Assembly: GCF_006345805.1 (NCBI RefSeq) | Contig: NC_042997.1 | Location: 4,278,001 to 4,342,000 of the forward strand | Length of the DNA: 64,000 nucleotides | Source: Octopus sinensis | Lineage: Eukaryota | Direction of reading: 5' to 3' | Part shown: one piece after another, positions 43,578-57,475 of the stretch | Position numbering within the stretch: the stretch's first letter is position 1 | How the letters are laid out: every line of letters starts with the position of its first letter | Program-made: the position numbers and the translations under genes | Notes under the pieces: model-generated | The model's input: the letters and a program-made list of their open reading frames with translations, nothing else | Told to the model about the DNA's origin: nothing | The model's database searches: none

Positions 43578-43692
43578 TATATATATATATATATATATAA
43601 ATTGAGGGAGATAAATTAATATTAATTTTAATATCAATTTAAAACCAGTAGTCCAGCATTCAAAAAATCTGAGGAGTCAGAGAAAATTCAAA

Positions 43693-43997
43693 TATATGTG
43701 TATATTGGCAGGGCTGGCCTGCTAGGTAGCCGGCCAGAATGCTAGAAGATCATGAACGATCAAAACTACAAGGGAAATTCTCTAGAGGAAGAATTCAGCG
43801 AACACCAGAACCAACTTTGGCGGCCAGGACATATGAAAAATTAAATCTGTTATCTATTTAATTTTTCATATGTCCTGCCCGCCAAAGTTGGTTCTGGTGT
43901 TCGCTGAATTCTTCCTCTAGAGAATTCCCTTGTAGTTTGATCGTTGATGATCTTCTTGTAGCATTCTGGCCGGCTACCTAGCAGGCCAGCCCTGCCA

Positions 43998-44010
<13 letters not shown>
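43693..44010. repeat. Near-perfect hairpin (154-bp arms, 9-nt loop) between TA tracts
   Basis: 43693-43846 is the reverse complement of 43856-44010 with a few indels and substitutions. Loop CTGTTATCT. Confidence 0.95.
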
Positions 44011-44067
<57 letters not shown>

Positions 44068-44072
<5 letters not shown>

Positions 44073-44235
44073 TAATCCAAACATGAAAACACAAAGAAGA
44101 GAAAACACAACGCGAGGCCGTGGAACAAGTAGGAAAGAAGGAAGATTTAACGTTTCGAGCGGAGCTCTTCCTTAGAAACATAGGAAAAGGAAAGATCCAA
44201 AGATGGGAAGACGGAGGAAAAAAACGCGGTCACAT
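44068..44235 (-). repeat. Dispersed PLE-terminus-like repeat with a degenerate minimal HHR (44146-44178); homologous to 57476-57665
   Basis: Minus strand reads TTT-CTAAGGA-AGAGC-TCC-GCTC-GAAAC-GTT-AAA (G5>A in the core). Confidence 0.7.
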
Positions 44236-44538
44236 TATATATATATATATATATATACAGCTACGCTCAGGCTCTAACTTCTGAACACGAGTCGGACACG
44301 TGTGAACGATGTCGAGAGGACTCCGATACCAATGATATTTTTTGATAGGGGCATGTCTAAGATGACCAACAGGCGCAGAACGAATACAAATGAACTGCGA
44401 CGAGACTCAGAATAGGAGACCAAGTTATTGGCTGGAATGACATATTTGAAGATAGTATTGGCAGAAAGTAAATCACCTTGCAAATACACGTTCATTTTAC
44501 TAAATTTATACTCGAGCCGGTGTGCTGGAATTGCCACT

Positions 44539-44655
<117 letters not shown>

Positions 44656-44782
44656 GTATATATATATACACACACACAAAACTGAGTGGACAAACGAAAG
44701 AAATAATTTACATATATAGATCAAAGCAGTTCGATCCCAAATGGTTGGTGCACTCAAGTTTCATTCGTCATCCATTTTATAA

Positions 44783-45175
44783 TTAATAATAATGAAATTA
44801 TTGTATACAGTGCTGAGGTCCACCACAACTTGTCAGAAAGTGCGTATAGAGTATATGCAGTAATGTACAAATGTCCGGAAAGTGGACAATGTATGAGTCA
44901 GATAAATGCTTGTGTGTGTAGTAGGGGAGGGGGGGAGAAAATTAGGTGTAGTGTCAGCGAATCTCAGAATGCATGGACATTTTGAAGGATGCAGTGCTCC
45001 GACAACTAACAACTGATGCCGACATTTTGTTCCATGCTTCAGCATCTCTCAGCGTGAAAAAATGTTTCCTAAAGTCATGAGAGCTGTGCTGTTTTCTGAC
45101 TTTGTAAATATGTCCACGAGTGTTAGACGGGTGGAGTTTTTGAATTTAAATAGCAGAATTTGATTGTTATTACCG
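44783..45175 (-). mobile_element. CR1/L2-like LINE 3' end (same family as 54670-55285)
   Basis: High nucleotide similarity to 54670-55060; encodes TRGHIYKVRKQHSSHDFRKHFFTLR. Confidence 0.8.
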
Positions 45176-46075
45176 CAAAGTGGCCTGTGATTGGTCGAGG
45201 AATGTCAGGTAGTGTTGTGGTCTGATGTTGATATATAGGTGACAGCTGGAAATACCTTATGCTGAACAGGAAATCGACCTCGATGAGGACAGGAAGTGGA
45301 TCTCGTGGCGATCAAAAACTCGGTCAGTTTGTGATGGGGAATTACGAAGGGGAGACATGTGGAACTATAAAGTTGTATATGTAGGTGTGTTGAGGCCTCA
45401 TTTTGATTTGTCTGTATTGAGGCCAGCGTGCGCATCTGTACATAGGCACGCACACGCACGTCTGCACTCACACAGACACACATACGCTTGGACGTATACG
45501 CTCGAGCGCACACTCAGGCACCTACACGCGTATACGCACACATGCGCGCTTTTACATGCATACACACACAATGCGTATTCATTCATATGTACATATATAT
45601 ATTCGCATGCATGTACGCATATTTACTAGTGTGCGCGTGTACATGCGCATTCGTGCGTGCGTGCGTGAGTACACACAAGCAAATTAATCTTTGAGGATTG
45701 GGAATTGTTAAGCGTTGAGGAATTGGTATTCGCTGGGGGTGGGCAAAATTCGGGGATTAATAATTGTAATTGTCCTGTTCACCACGCAGTATTTTCCAGC
45801 TAATTGTTGCCCATATATCATCATCAAACCACAACAAACCGTAACCTTCCCCCACTAATGACAGCCCACCTTACAGTAATTACAATCAAAGTCTATCATT
45901 CAAATTAAAATTGCTTAAAAAGCAAGCGTACCAACGAATCCGTATCAAACCGTTTTGATCCATACACACACACACACACATACATATATATACATATGTA
46001 TATATATATGTATGTATTATATGATAGAACACCACGCATCCTTTTCCCAGTTTTATCTATATACATATATGTATG

Positions 46076-46179
<104 letters not shown>

Positions 46180-46186
46180 CATATAT

Positions 46187-46241
<55 letters not shown>

Positions 46242-47478
46242 CACACGCATATATGTACATATATATATGTGTGTGTCTGGGGGATATTCTCAGACAAATA
46301 TTTACATAGACTGGTAATTTTATGTGTTTCCATTTACACCGTGCGTTCAATATTATCTCTGTTCCAATTAGCAGCGTACTTATACGTTAATCGTTTACAA
46401 ATGAGAAACAGAAAAAAAAATGTTAGTAATTATAAGACACCCATAGGACATTCTATGTTTTATATATTGTTTTATATTCTATATCGTCCCACATAAATCA
46501 TAGAATGTTTCCTGAAAATAAAGAATAGAAACCAAATAAACTCAGTGACATTGATGTGTATTCATATATGTGTGTGTTTGTGTGTGTGTATATGTGTGTG
46601 TGCGTAATTGTACGCGCAATATGTCAAACGTATATAGACAAAATGTTAAGTTATTAATGACATTATCAAAGGTGATGAAAACACGTTTTTGCTTTCCTTC
46701 CTTCGATTTGATAAATAATAAATGGTGAAATAGCATTCTAAGTTAAGTAGGATGTGTTTAATAATGCAAGGAAGTGTATGTTTATGTTCATCTTCATTTA
46801 CACAGATGTACATGAAAATAACATTTCTTACACTCTACGACACCTGTGCGTTTTGATATGGGCATATTATATGTGTGTTTCAGTATGCATTGAGTATTTT
46901 TGTATGTATACAAAAGGAACGTGATTTAAAAAAATATTTATTTATATATTAATTGATATTTGCCTTCTTCTCAAATCTTTACCGTTTAGGAAACCCCATC
47001 TAAAATTCTTCTTTTAATTCCTATCGAACTTAAGGCAGAAATTCACGTCATTTTTAGATTTAAATGCACCTTTTAAAATCATCAGCTCCTTATCAATAAC
47101 TTAATATCTTTGCATCATTATGTTCTCTGAAGTGCCATCAGCAGGGTCTTAAGAATTGATGAAAATCAAATTATTCCCAATGAACCTTGTTTACAAATAT
47201 ATATCTTATGATATATATCCTTGCCTCTCCATTTTCTTTTAGGATCAACATATTCATAATAGGCTAAATATAGGAGATTACAGAATTTATTTCTTTATAT
47301 TACCGCGATATAAGACGAAGATATTGTTAATCATGCAGTAGGGAATCACATACACACACGACAAATTTGCAAGCATATATATTTTTGTGTGTGTGTAACA
47401 GCATGTCTATGAAAGATGCACACTTAAATACGTACACACACACACACCCACACAAGTACATACATGCGTATATGAATA

Positions 47479-47561
<83 letters not shown>

Positions 47562-47849
47562 CATACATATACATATACATATTGAGAAAAAGCTGTCAGT
47601 CAAAATCTTTGTTAATTCGTTATTAGGGCTTTCGTACGTTCATCAAAGTCAAGTCAAAATGAAAATGGTAAAAAAGAAATTTCATTGTTAATTTATATGA
47701 ACCGGATGTTGTTTTTGTTTTGTTCAGAGAAGGAGAAATATATTGTTTTATTTTAAAAAGAGCGGCAAGAGAGATAAAAAAAAAGCAAAAAACGGGAAGA
47801 ACAATTGCGGTACAGCCAGAAGGACGCAATTTGCACCTTGATATGCTAA

Positions 47850-48600
47850 CCTAGTCATTGGGATATTTGGACGACAAGCTTTATGAGTAAGTAGAGTGAG
47901 TTTTAAATAATGATTGCAAGAAATACGTCATTAAAATCTCGAAATACTTCGTCGAAGACAGCTTTATCGTTTGGGAAAATCGAATGAGTACGTACAAGTA
48001 TTTCATAATATATTGAACACACTTCAACCACCCATAAAATGCACGACAGAAGCCAGTTACAAGGAATTCCCATTCCTGGATATTCAGATAAAAATACACA
48101 AATCCACAATCACAAGGGACAAGCATCGATATTTGAATTTCTAGTCTTGCCGCCCCACGCACATTAAAATAAACACCCCATAGAGCAAGACAAAACGTTC
48201 TGTACTAAAGCGATTGACCCCAAAATATGTCAAATGCGACTCAATGAGCTCAAACGCTCCCTAACGAAACAGAAATAACCCTAAGAATTGATAAACGATG
48301 GAATTTTAAAAGGTGATGAAACTGAGCATCACACAGCTATGTATAACAAAGGAAAAAAATTATGAACACAATTCCATTTATCAAGACGCACAACCCTGGG
48401 GTAGCAACACATTTCATACTATCGAATCAAGCCTTCATATACTTCCAAAATGAAAAAATATGACTGAGATTAACCCTTTACGAAACAGCAGATGCCAACC
48501 GAAAGATACCCAAATCCCTTCACAAGAGTAAAATTCACATCAGAGAACGCATCATAATTCTCCGTAAAGAATGTAAAGATAGCAGATGTAAGGGGATATG
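47850..48600 (+). pseudogene. Decayed PLE RT/thumb fragment
   Basis: YFVEDSFIVW (cf. YLDDCFIVW), FHNILNTLQPPIKCTTE, EFPFLDI, RYLNFxSC and IPFIKTHNP. Collinear with the 7.6-8.2-kb RT. Confidence 0.7.
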
Positions 48601-49706
48601 AATTTGTGCTAGATGGCTTTGGTGTTTGTCAAGAAAGCTTCTTCATGGACATTTTACCACTTTATTATTATTTTTTAGATGAAGAGAAACATTCATATTA
48701 CACTGTTACTATAGTTTTTGAATGTGGTTCCAAACGTAACGAGATACTCATATCTAGAAATGATCAGATATGAACATAACATTGGGATTTTGATAATTTT
48801 TGTACTTGTGGATCTTACATATACCTGAGAAAAAATATTAGAAACATTTTATTACTGATTAGGAAAGATAACTAATGTAGCTACTTGGCAAAGTAATTCG
48901 TGAAGAAAAATCTCTTGGAATTATATTATCCATGCAACAAAAAGTTAAAGAAATTCTATAAAAGGATCAAAGATACTCAAAAAATATATTTAATCAGGCT
49001 TTGTTATATAATTTATATCCTACAGAGTAGCTTCCAGATAAATATACAGCATGCATGTTATTACAAAGCTCATTTATGATTAAATGAACATAGAGCATAG
49101 ATTGAATTAGAAACGGTAACTAGCTCAAATCATTTGTTTTATATTCTGACTTTATTTTGCTAATTTATGAACGTTGTACTATTTAATATTTGTTCGTGCA
49201 AGACATGGAATTACACGGAATATTGGATTTCACTATATCAATGTAAAGGGACATACATCTTCATAGGACTTTTAACTTTGGACTCTTTTTCATTTTTCAC
49301 TGATGACTGCAACGTCCATTATTTTCTTATTTTATCTCATTATACTGATCAAAATTGACATCTTGAAATGTCACCAGCCTAAGCGAGAAAATGTGTTTAT
49401 TTACAAATATGTTGCTATGTATATAATGAGAAAGAAAGAAGTGAAAAACAAGAAAAAAGAAAGGAAAGAAGTAAAATATGTTGATATTAAATATCAATCG
49501 ATTGACCCTATCAAATTGAAAAGAAACTCTCTTCCCCCACTCCATCCATCAATCTATCTATCTATCTATCGATCGATCGTTCGATCCTTCGATCTATCCG
49601 TCTATCTGTCTATGTATCTATCTGTCTCTCTGATTGTTTATCTATCTATCTATCTATCTATCTCTCTCTATATATATATCATTAAAATTATAAATTAGCG
49701 TATCTA

Positions 49707-49867
49707 CGAGATACCACCATGCTGAAAATAGCAGACTCTAAAACCGCCATAATTTTTTACTAGTTTCATCTTGTCTCTTTGTTTTCTCTCCGTGTTGATA
49801 TATGGACAATTATGGTGTTTTTCTAGAGTAAGATCACGGCTGCTATTTTCAGCATGGTAGTATCTCG
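49707..49867. mobile_element. 161-bp MITE with 28-bp TIRs and TA flanks (Tc1/mariner-type)
   Basis: TA-CGAGATACCACCATGCTGAAAATAGCAG ... CTGCTATTTTCAGCATGGTAGTATCTCG-TA, with one mismatch. Confidence 0.8.
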
Positions 49868-49976
49868 TATTACCTTAACTTATAATTTTAAGTTTAATTA
49901 TTATTACATTTGAAGGTTATTTTTTCCATGCTGGCCACTTGATAAAATCGTTATTTTATTTTTAAATTAACGATCT

Positions 49977-50007
<31 letters not shown>

Positions 50008-50041
50008 TATATATATATAATATATATATGTATATAAATAT

Positions 50042-50075
<34 letters not shown>

Positions 50076-50474
50076 ATATATATATATTTATTTATATATA
50101 TCTGTCTATTCATCAATAACTTTCCTCATCATTTGTTATTTTCCTTCTGTTTGGATCGTCTTGAACCCTGTCTTTGACTATTGTTCTCCCCAACATTTTG
50201 CTTTCTTCTCTCCCCCCCCCTCCAGGAAAATATTTTTCCTGAAAAAAGCATAAAAAGAAACAAAAGAAACATCTGATTCATATTAATGAACAACAAAAAG
50301 TTCTGGTTTTGCAATTTTGATTTTGTCACAACCTGTTCGAGAAACGAACTAAAGTAGTAATAAACATTTATCCAAAATTCGGACTACCGCATTTTTTTGA
50401 ATGTATATCTCTACACCATTCCAATACTCTGTACATACATGCATCCATATATACATATATATATATACATACAT

Positions 50475-50529
<55 letters not shown>

Positions 50530-50544
50530 ATATATATATACATA

Positions 50545-52358
50545 TTCTCTTACTATTTTACTTGTTTCAGAATACAGCTGCCGTCATGCTGGACCAGCAT
50601 GGTCCTTCTAATTTCTTGTATGCACTTCTGTCCTAGCTTTTGGTTCAGCCGGTATTGTGGAGCGAAGGATGTATATTTCCTCTATAAAGACATCTATTTC
50701 CATCTGATGCAGATTTCTTTATTTTTGTGTCAGGGCATTGAAGAGCGGCAGTCCTTTTAACGCAAGAATGTTCCAGCACCAGCTCCTGAATTTAGGTGGA
50801 ATGTATGCCAGCTTTGGTACAATACAATGGTGGCCAGTTCCTGCATTTGTATAACACTCAATGCCCAAATACGTTACTATTCCTTCTAGAGTTTTCCATA
50901 TGTTGATCATTGTATTTTAATCCCATGCCTTTGCTCCAGGGAGCTCAGCCTATCTCTATAGCTCATTTGCTGCACTGTTTTAGCCATAATATAGTGATGT
51001 GGAACTACTTTAAGATCCGCTGTTAGTTTGGCAATATGTTGGTGACAATAATTGGGAGTAGTAGTCCAGGTGGCCGAGAACAAACGTTCTCCACAGGGTC
51101 AGCATAGTTTTATGTTCTTTTGTCTTGAAGGACCTCAGTATTCTACCAGTTATCTCCACTTTGCTGCCACCTTGGTAATGAGCATATACAATGGGGCGTC
51201 ATTGCACATACTGATCACCAAGTCTGTCACCGCCTGTGACACTGGGATTGTAGTGCCTTCGAATCCTGTCTATACAGATTATAATTCTACAGCATTAAAT
51301 TGCATGTTGTTTATTTCGGGTCGGCTATATCGAATTCCGGTCCCACTGTAATTTTGTGACGTCATCTTGTTTTTATTTTATTGCCGGTGATAATTTTGTA
51401 TCATCGGCATTGCTAGTGAAACTGACTGTCCGAATGTCCGTGGGCGTGTTTAAAAAGGTTATTATGAGCAGTAATTGCTCCAGAACAGTTCCTTGGGGAT
51501 GTCACTTAGGATTTGAGCTACCTCAGAAAGGGCACCATTGGTAGCAACTACCTGACTTGCGTCTTTAAGGAAGTAATGCAACCACTCTCCGAGTTTACCA
51601 GCAATGCAAGGGTCTCGTAGCATATGGTGTATCATGCCATAACCTACATTATCAAATGACTTTGCTAAGTCAAGGTATATCACACTGACTTCTGAATGGT
51701 CAAACAGCTCTTTCAAAAACCATTCCAGCTTCTTCGTGGACAGAACCCTTGCTGTGTAGTGTTCAGTAGATCATTTTCTTCTAGGAATATTATCAACTGG
51801 TTTCGGATGATTCACACTATGGCTTTAATGATATGTGAAGTCAGAGAAACTAGACTGCAGTCTTGGGCATCTTCTCTGGTTCCACCTTTGTGGATTGGAA
51901 TTATAATGCCTTCTTTCAACTTTTTAGGAATTTACCACTTACAAGTATACTTTGGAGGAGTAGCTGCAGCGGTTTCGCCAAATTATGCTTCATGATTTCA
52001 GAAGAATAGCTGGGAAGCCATTAGGACTAGTTGCGGAGCATGAGCTCATCTTATCTATGGCCACTGTTACATCTGTCTCGTCACTGTTGATGTAATCGGT
52101 GGCCGGCGCCTCATTTTTTTGAGCTGCAATATTAAAGAATTCAGCCAGTGTTTTTCCTATCTGCATGGAAGAGGTGGGGAAGTGAAAACAAAATTAAATT
52201 CTTCACTGAGTATCTCACTTATCTTTCCTGGGTCCGCTGTCTGTGCGTCATCCCCTTGGAAAAAATGGCCCTATTTTACATTGTATTCTGGCTGATTCTT
52301 TGCGTGCGAATTTATAGAAAGCTTTGGAATTTATTTCATGTCCTCCACAGCGCATTTC

Positions 52359-52389
<31 letters not shown>

Positions 52390-52394
52390 GTCTG

Positions 52395-52438
<44 letters not shown>

Positions 52439-52970
52439 CTTCTTCTTTCGTGAGAGAATTTGAACTTGTTTTTCAATTTCTCGGAGTGCCCGTATTAAGA
52501 CAGTATTAAGACAGACATCTCCCTATCCTTCCGTTGCCTATTTGGCCGTATTGAGACCTTTGACGTGTGCCCAATAAGGATTTTTCTATCCCCAAGAATC
52601 TTGTTTGTCAGTGTGCTGGACTGTCTTTCTGGGGAATATTTAGTACATGTAGCTAACGCTGGCTGAGTTTTAAGTCAATGTCTTGCATACAATGAAAGTT
52701 GGACCAGTTTCGATTGTGTGTTTCTTTGTGGATTAATTCCTATTTTGCTTTATATAAATTAAGATTGGATAAGGTTTTGAATCATCCTGATAGGGTCGAT
52801 ACCGGCAGTTCTCGCAGGAAAATACATAGTGAGTTCAACAATGAGGTGATCTGAGAGTGCTTTTCGTGTCACCTTCACATTATGGATAAGGTCCACATTA
52901 TTTATGAAGCAAATGTCAAATGTATAGTTTCCCCAGGTTGGTGCGACTGTAACTTGCTTCATGAATAGCA
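50545..52970 (-). mobile_element. Decayed CR1/L2-like LINE (end of APE, RT, 3' tail)
   Basis: PTWGNYTFDICFINN..LSDHLIVE (APE C-terminus), VIYLDLAKSFDNV..GKLGEWL (RT), and KGLPLFNAL. Tail CCAGCATGACGGCAG..CTGAAACAAGTAAAA. Confidence 0.85.
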
Positions 52971-53005
52971 TATAAGTATGTATATATACATACATACATA
53001 CATAC

Positions 53006-53104
<99 letters not shown>

Positions 53105-53156
53105 CACTACATGAACAGAAGCATGCTGAGTCGATACTTGAATATACTGACACAAT

Positions 53157-53295
53157 GTTCAAGGAGCAGGTTATATTCAGGCGCTAACCAAGGAAAACGA
53201 CACATTGGGCACTTGCTTGCTGAATAATGTGGACTTTATCCATAATGTGAAGGTGACATGAACAGCACTCTCACATCACAACAATGTTGAAGTAT
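53157..53295 (+). mobile_element. Diverged APE-region LINE fragment, inverted relative to 52830-52965
   Basis: Shared AATAATGTGGAC(C/T)TTATCCATAATGTGAAGGTGACA and flanking similarity. Confidence 0.7.
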
Positions 53296-53349
53296 GTAAT
53301 GCTGGAAACTAACTAATGTAACGCTAGAAATGAAACGACATCGGCAAAT

Positions 53350-53800
53350 TAAAATGTTACTTCTCTTGGAGTGTTGACTTATTTAGAATGTGTTTTAGAA
53401 TGTGGAACTGCATATCCCCTTGTGTATGTTCGCGAATTAACTCATATCTTTGAAGTTCTAGATTTGTTATTCCTTGGGTTGTTATTTTTTGACATGATAT
53501 GAATTTATTGTTGAGTAAATTTTGCTTAATCCATTTAATTTTCAAGTTCTATTATCTTCTGTAATACTTGAGATTATGATGTCCTCTTCTGGGAGAAGTT
53601 TCTCCGATTATAGATACTGGTTTTTAATTTCCAGCTTTGTAATCACACTTTAATACGATTTTGTTTATATTCGATGTTGGTAATTGTAATAAAAACTGGG
53701 TGTATACGTAATGGACACAATACGCACATTTTCCGCTCCTACTACTTATAATATTAATAACCAGGTTATGTTTATGATTTTAACGCTGCAAACTCTACTG
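53350..53800 (-). pseudogene. Possible PLE GIY-YIG relic
   Basis: SRSGKCAYCVH (Cys linker-like) followed by IIGETSPRR (cf. YIGET). Heavily decayed. Confidence 0.4.
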
Positions 53801-54669
53801 AGTTGAATGGTAATCCCCAATAGTCGACACCAATGTAGCCTTTGATCTTCATACCTGTTTGATATACCCTGGTTGGGAATCTTATTTACGTTTGAGTCTT
53901 TTATTGTGAGTTTACCATCATTCTCGCAAGTGTGAACCTGTTTATATCATCTTGTGTTATGGTGATTACATATACCGTTATTGCACGTCTGTCTTAATTA
54001 CGAATCTTATTCTACTAGGGTAAAACTTAATTACTGGTTTCTAGTTTTGCTGGAATGTGTGGCATACATATTTTGTTTGTGTGCGCGTTTATTGATGGCC
54101 ACAAAATTTTATCACATTTAGAGTTTTCGATACAGGTGATACGTATCCTAATGCAACAAAAGTCCTTTTATTTTTGTATTTATCAGCACTAAATGTTTTG
54201 CTGTCTGTAACATATATGCGATGTGTGTATTTGATTCATACCTTATTTAAATGCCCCTTATACGAAAAAGATAGAACCATTGAAGATTGATCCATGGTGA
54301 ACCTGCTTTAAAAAAAAAAAAAAACTCATAAAAGTTTTGAATATTCAAGTCTTTTCCAAGGTGTTGTAAACATTTGTGATATTTGTAGAATATTCTTGAA
54401 ATTCAATTTCATATAAATTCTTCTTTGATCACCGATTATTTAAGCTCCCTTGTTCAGTTTATTTCTAGATTTCTAAATGAATAAGGTATTGTAAGTAATC
54501 AGAGACGGCATCAGGTGTCTGAAAGCATCTGGCAGATGCCTTTTGCTTTACTTATTGGCTAAGTATCATGATACGATTGAAAATTTACTATATTAACATT
54601 GCACAAATATATCATATGAAGATTGGCAAAAATTACTATGTTTGTATATCATAAAATAGCGTGGCGTAT

Positions 54670-55285
54670 AATGATAATGAAATCATTATATACAGTGCCC
54701 AGGTGCATCACAACTTGTTAAAAGTGCGTATAAAGCATATGCAGTAATGTACAAATGTCTGGAAAGTGAACAATGTATGAGTCAGATACATGCTTGTGTG
54801 TGTATGGATGGGAGAAAATCAGGTGTAGTTTTGGCGAATCTCAGGAAGCATGGAAGTTTTGAAGGTTGCAGTGCTCCGAGAACTAACAGCTGATGCCGGC
54901 AGTTTGTTCTGTACTTCAGCTACTCCTAGCGTGAAAAAATGTTTCCGAAAGTCATGGAAGCTGCGCTGTCTTCTGATTTTGTGAACATGTCCACGGGTGT
55001 TAGACAGGTGGAGTTTGAAAAGGTGCACAGTGTTATTGTTTGTAAGATGGTTAATAATTTTATGGGTGTCTGCTAAGTCAGCAGCCAGACGTAGAAGTTT
55101 CAATGTATCCATGCCCAGGGAAGTAAGGCGTTCAGAATATGGCAAATGCCTGATGGAGAGTATTCTCTTGGTTGCACGTCGGTGAACGATTTCCAGACAA
55201 TTAATATCCTGGTCAAGATAAGGTTTCCAGACCAGTGATGCAAATTGTAGGTGAGGTCGCACCATAGCTATATAAAGACGCAGAT
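54670..55285 (-). mobile_element. 5'-truncated CR1/L2-like LINE (RT C-terminus + 3' UTR)
   Basis: LYIAMVRPHLQFASLVWKPY..LEIVHRRATK..YSERL..LG..TRGH..RKHFFT..NKLP. Confidence 0.9.
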
Positions 55286-55930
55286 CAATAATCAACATAT
55301 TGCGAATAATCTACAACTTGAAAACTAGAAAGAAATATGTCTTATTTCTGATTCCATGAATGCATGAAAGACTTATCAGTTTGTTTCAATATAAATTGAT
55401 GAAATTTCGCATTATTAAGAAAAAATGTATCAGGTTTGAAATATGTTAGCGGACACATTCACATACTACTTGCTAAAAACATGAATACTTTACTTTGTTC
55501 TGCTGCAGCAGAGCAGGAGTGTGGAGTAATACTTGAAGTTTACTTGCCCAAGAATTTAGCGGAGGCACACTCCTGTGATTGATATGATTAATGGCAGAAC
55601 GTTTCAATTATACTGCTGTTAAAATTGCAAGCATGATGGATTGTATGGATACAACTACCTGATTTATTATACATTCAATTTTTACTACGCTATATTCAGA
55701 TCTGTCTCTGAAACGATGCAGAGGCGACGTTCATCTTAGAAGATAACAGGGGAATCTTAGGTTGGATTTGCAAATTCCTATGAGTAACTAAGGAGCGTTA
55801 ATGTATTACTGTTCCCTAATATATTTAATGATTTGATCAGATAACGTGGCATCACAATGCCCAACGCTGATATTTTAATATCTCAGCTCAAGTGGTTGCA
55901 ATCGTGAATGTGACATAGATGTAGAGAAAC

Positions 55931-56082
55931 AGGTGTGGCAATGTGTTAAGTAATTTACTAACAAACAACACGCTTCTGGATTCAATCCTACAAAGTGGTA
56001 CGTTAGGCACATGTCTTCTAATGTAGTTCGGGTCGACCAAGGCCTCGTGAGTGCATTTAGTAGGGTGAAAATGCAAGAAGAG
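55931..56082 (+). mobile_element. Decayed tRNA-derived SINE head
   Basis: B-box-like GGATTCAATCC, then GGCACATGTCTTCTA..GTCGACCAAGGCCTCGTGAGTG. Confidence 0.6.
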
Positions 56083-56125
<43 letters not shown>

Positions 56126-56128
<3 letters not shown>

Positions 56129-57453
56129 CTGCGGCCTAAATGATCAGAACGGCATTGTTTACGTCAGAAAAGTAAGTATAAGTTTTTATCAAAGTAGTTT
56201 TATATTCTATAATTTTCAATCACACTCTGAAATCTTCGACTGCATGAGGAATTTAAATTTTCAATTTCTTGCTGGGTGATCTTATTCCATTCTTCCTGAA
56301 GGGCATTCCATAATTGCTCAGTTGTTTTAGGATTTCTGGCTTTCGAACGTTCTGGGATTTGAGCAGGCCAATCCATAACAATAACATTTTCAGCCTTGAG
56401 GAAGTTGATGAACACCTTAGCCTTGTGACATGGGGCATTTTTCCTGCATGAATATGGGTGGCCGTTTAGTTGAATTTCTCAACACAGGCAAGACATGATC
56501 TTTTACAAGTTGTTTATAAACTCCTGCATTTACCTTTCCATGTAATCGCACCAAAGGGCCCACACCATCTCCAGATATCATCCCCCAAACAATGACACTA
56601 TCTCCACCGAATTTAACACTAGTCTTAAGGCATTTAGGCGACAATTTTTCACCTACTTTTCTACGAACGTACCTTTTCCCATTTGGGCCAAATAACATAA
56701 ACTTAAATTCATCACTGAAATGCACCGTTTGCCATTTTTCTTGAGACCACAACACATGTTCGGTTGCAAAGGTAAGAAGACACTTTTTATTCTTGGAGCT
56801 GATCAGTGGCTGCACTGCAGGTGCACTTGCTTGTAGGTCATGTTCAACTAAACGACGAGACAGAGTTTTTCGAGATAAAGTTTTCTGCAATACAATGCTC
56901 ATTTTCCGAGAAACAGCAGCAGCAGTTTTAAATCTGTCCTTTTTAACCAACTTTACCATAGCACGATCTTCTCTCTTGGTCGTTTTTCTTGGTCTACCTG
57001 TAAACACGAACCACAATCATTGTAGACCTTAAGAATACCGTGTACAACACTTTTTGACTTGCAATAGATCCAATACTTAAATTTTCCTTCCTTCGAAGCT
57101 TAATAATCTGCTGACGAATTGGTAACGGAGTAAGTGGCATTATATTAACAAAGTACACTGCAAATATTCTTACTAATGTTTAGTAAACGACTCGTCACGT
57201 AAACAAATTCAAAACATTAGAGTTCGCCGGTTGAATATACTAAAACACGGATTAAAAGCATCCGTTCTGATCATTTTGGCCGCCATGGGTTTTGCAATAA
57301 ATCACTAAACTTTTATTTTATCCTCTCAAATTACACCAAAATCTCAGGCAATAGCAAATACTATCGTATTTATTGTCTGTGAAAATTATAGAATATAAAA
57401 CAGCTTTGCTAAAAAATTATATCTACTTTTCTGACGAAAACAATGCCGTTCTG
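56126..57453 (-). mobile_element. Tc1-family DNA transposon, IR/DR type, with a defective transposase
   Basis: ATG at 57140 (MPLTPLPIRQQII), GRPRKTT, HFSDEFKF, VWGMIS and MQE-NAPCH (DDE domain). Frameshifts; SPDLNPIE and the C-terminus are deleted. Terminal repeat CAGCTGCGGCCTAAATGATCAGAACGG at 56126 follows TA. An inverted inner DR lies at 57262-57288 and an outer TIR match at 57375-57453. Confidence 0.9.
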
Positions 57454-57475
57454 TATATATATGTACATAAGTATG

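Noticed and set aside
43600-43692. CTGAGGAGTC after a PLE-terminus-like segment
   Set aside because: Truncated before stem II/GAAA is complete, so it is not callable as a ribozyme.
44395-44424. CTG(CG)ACGA-GACTC...GAGAC-CAAG
   Set aside because: Insertion in the core and loss of GAAA; too degenerate.
57431-57437. CTGACGA core heptamer
   Set aside because: It is part of the Tc1 TIR, with no stem II or GAAA.
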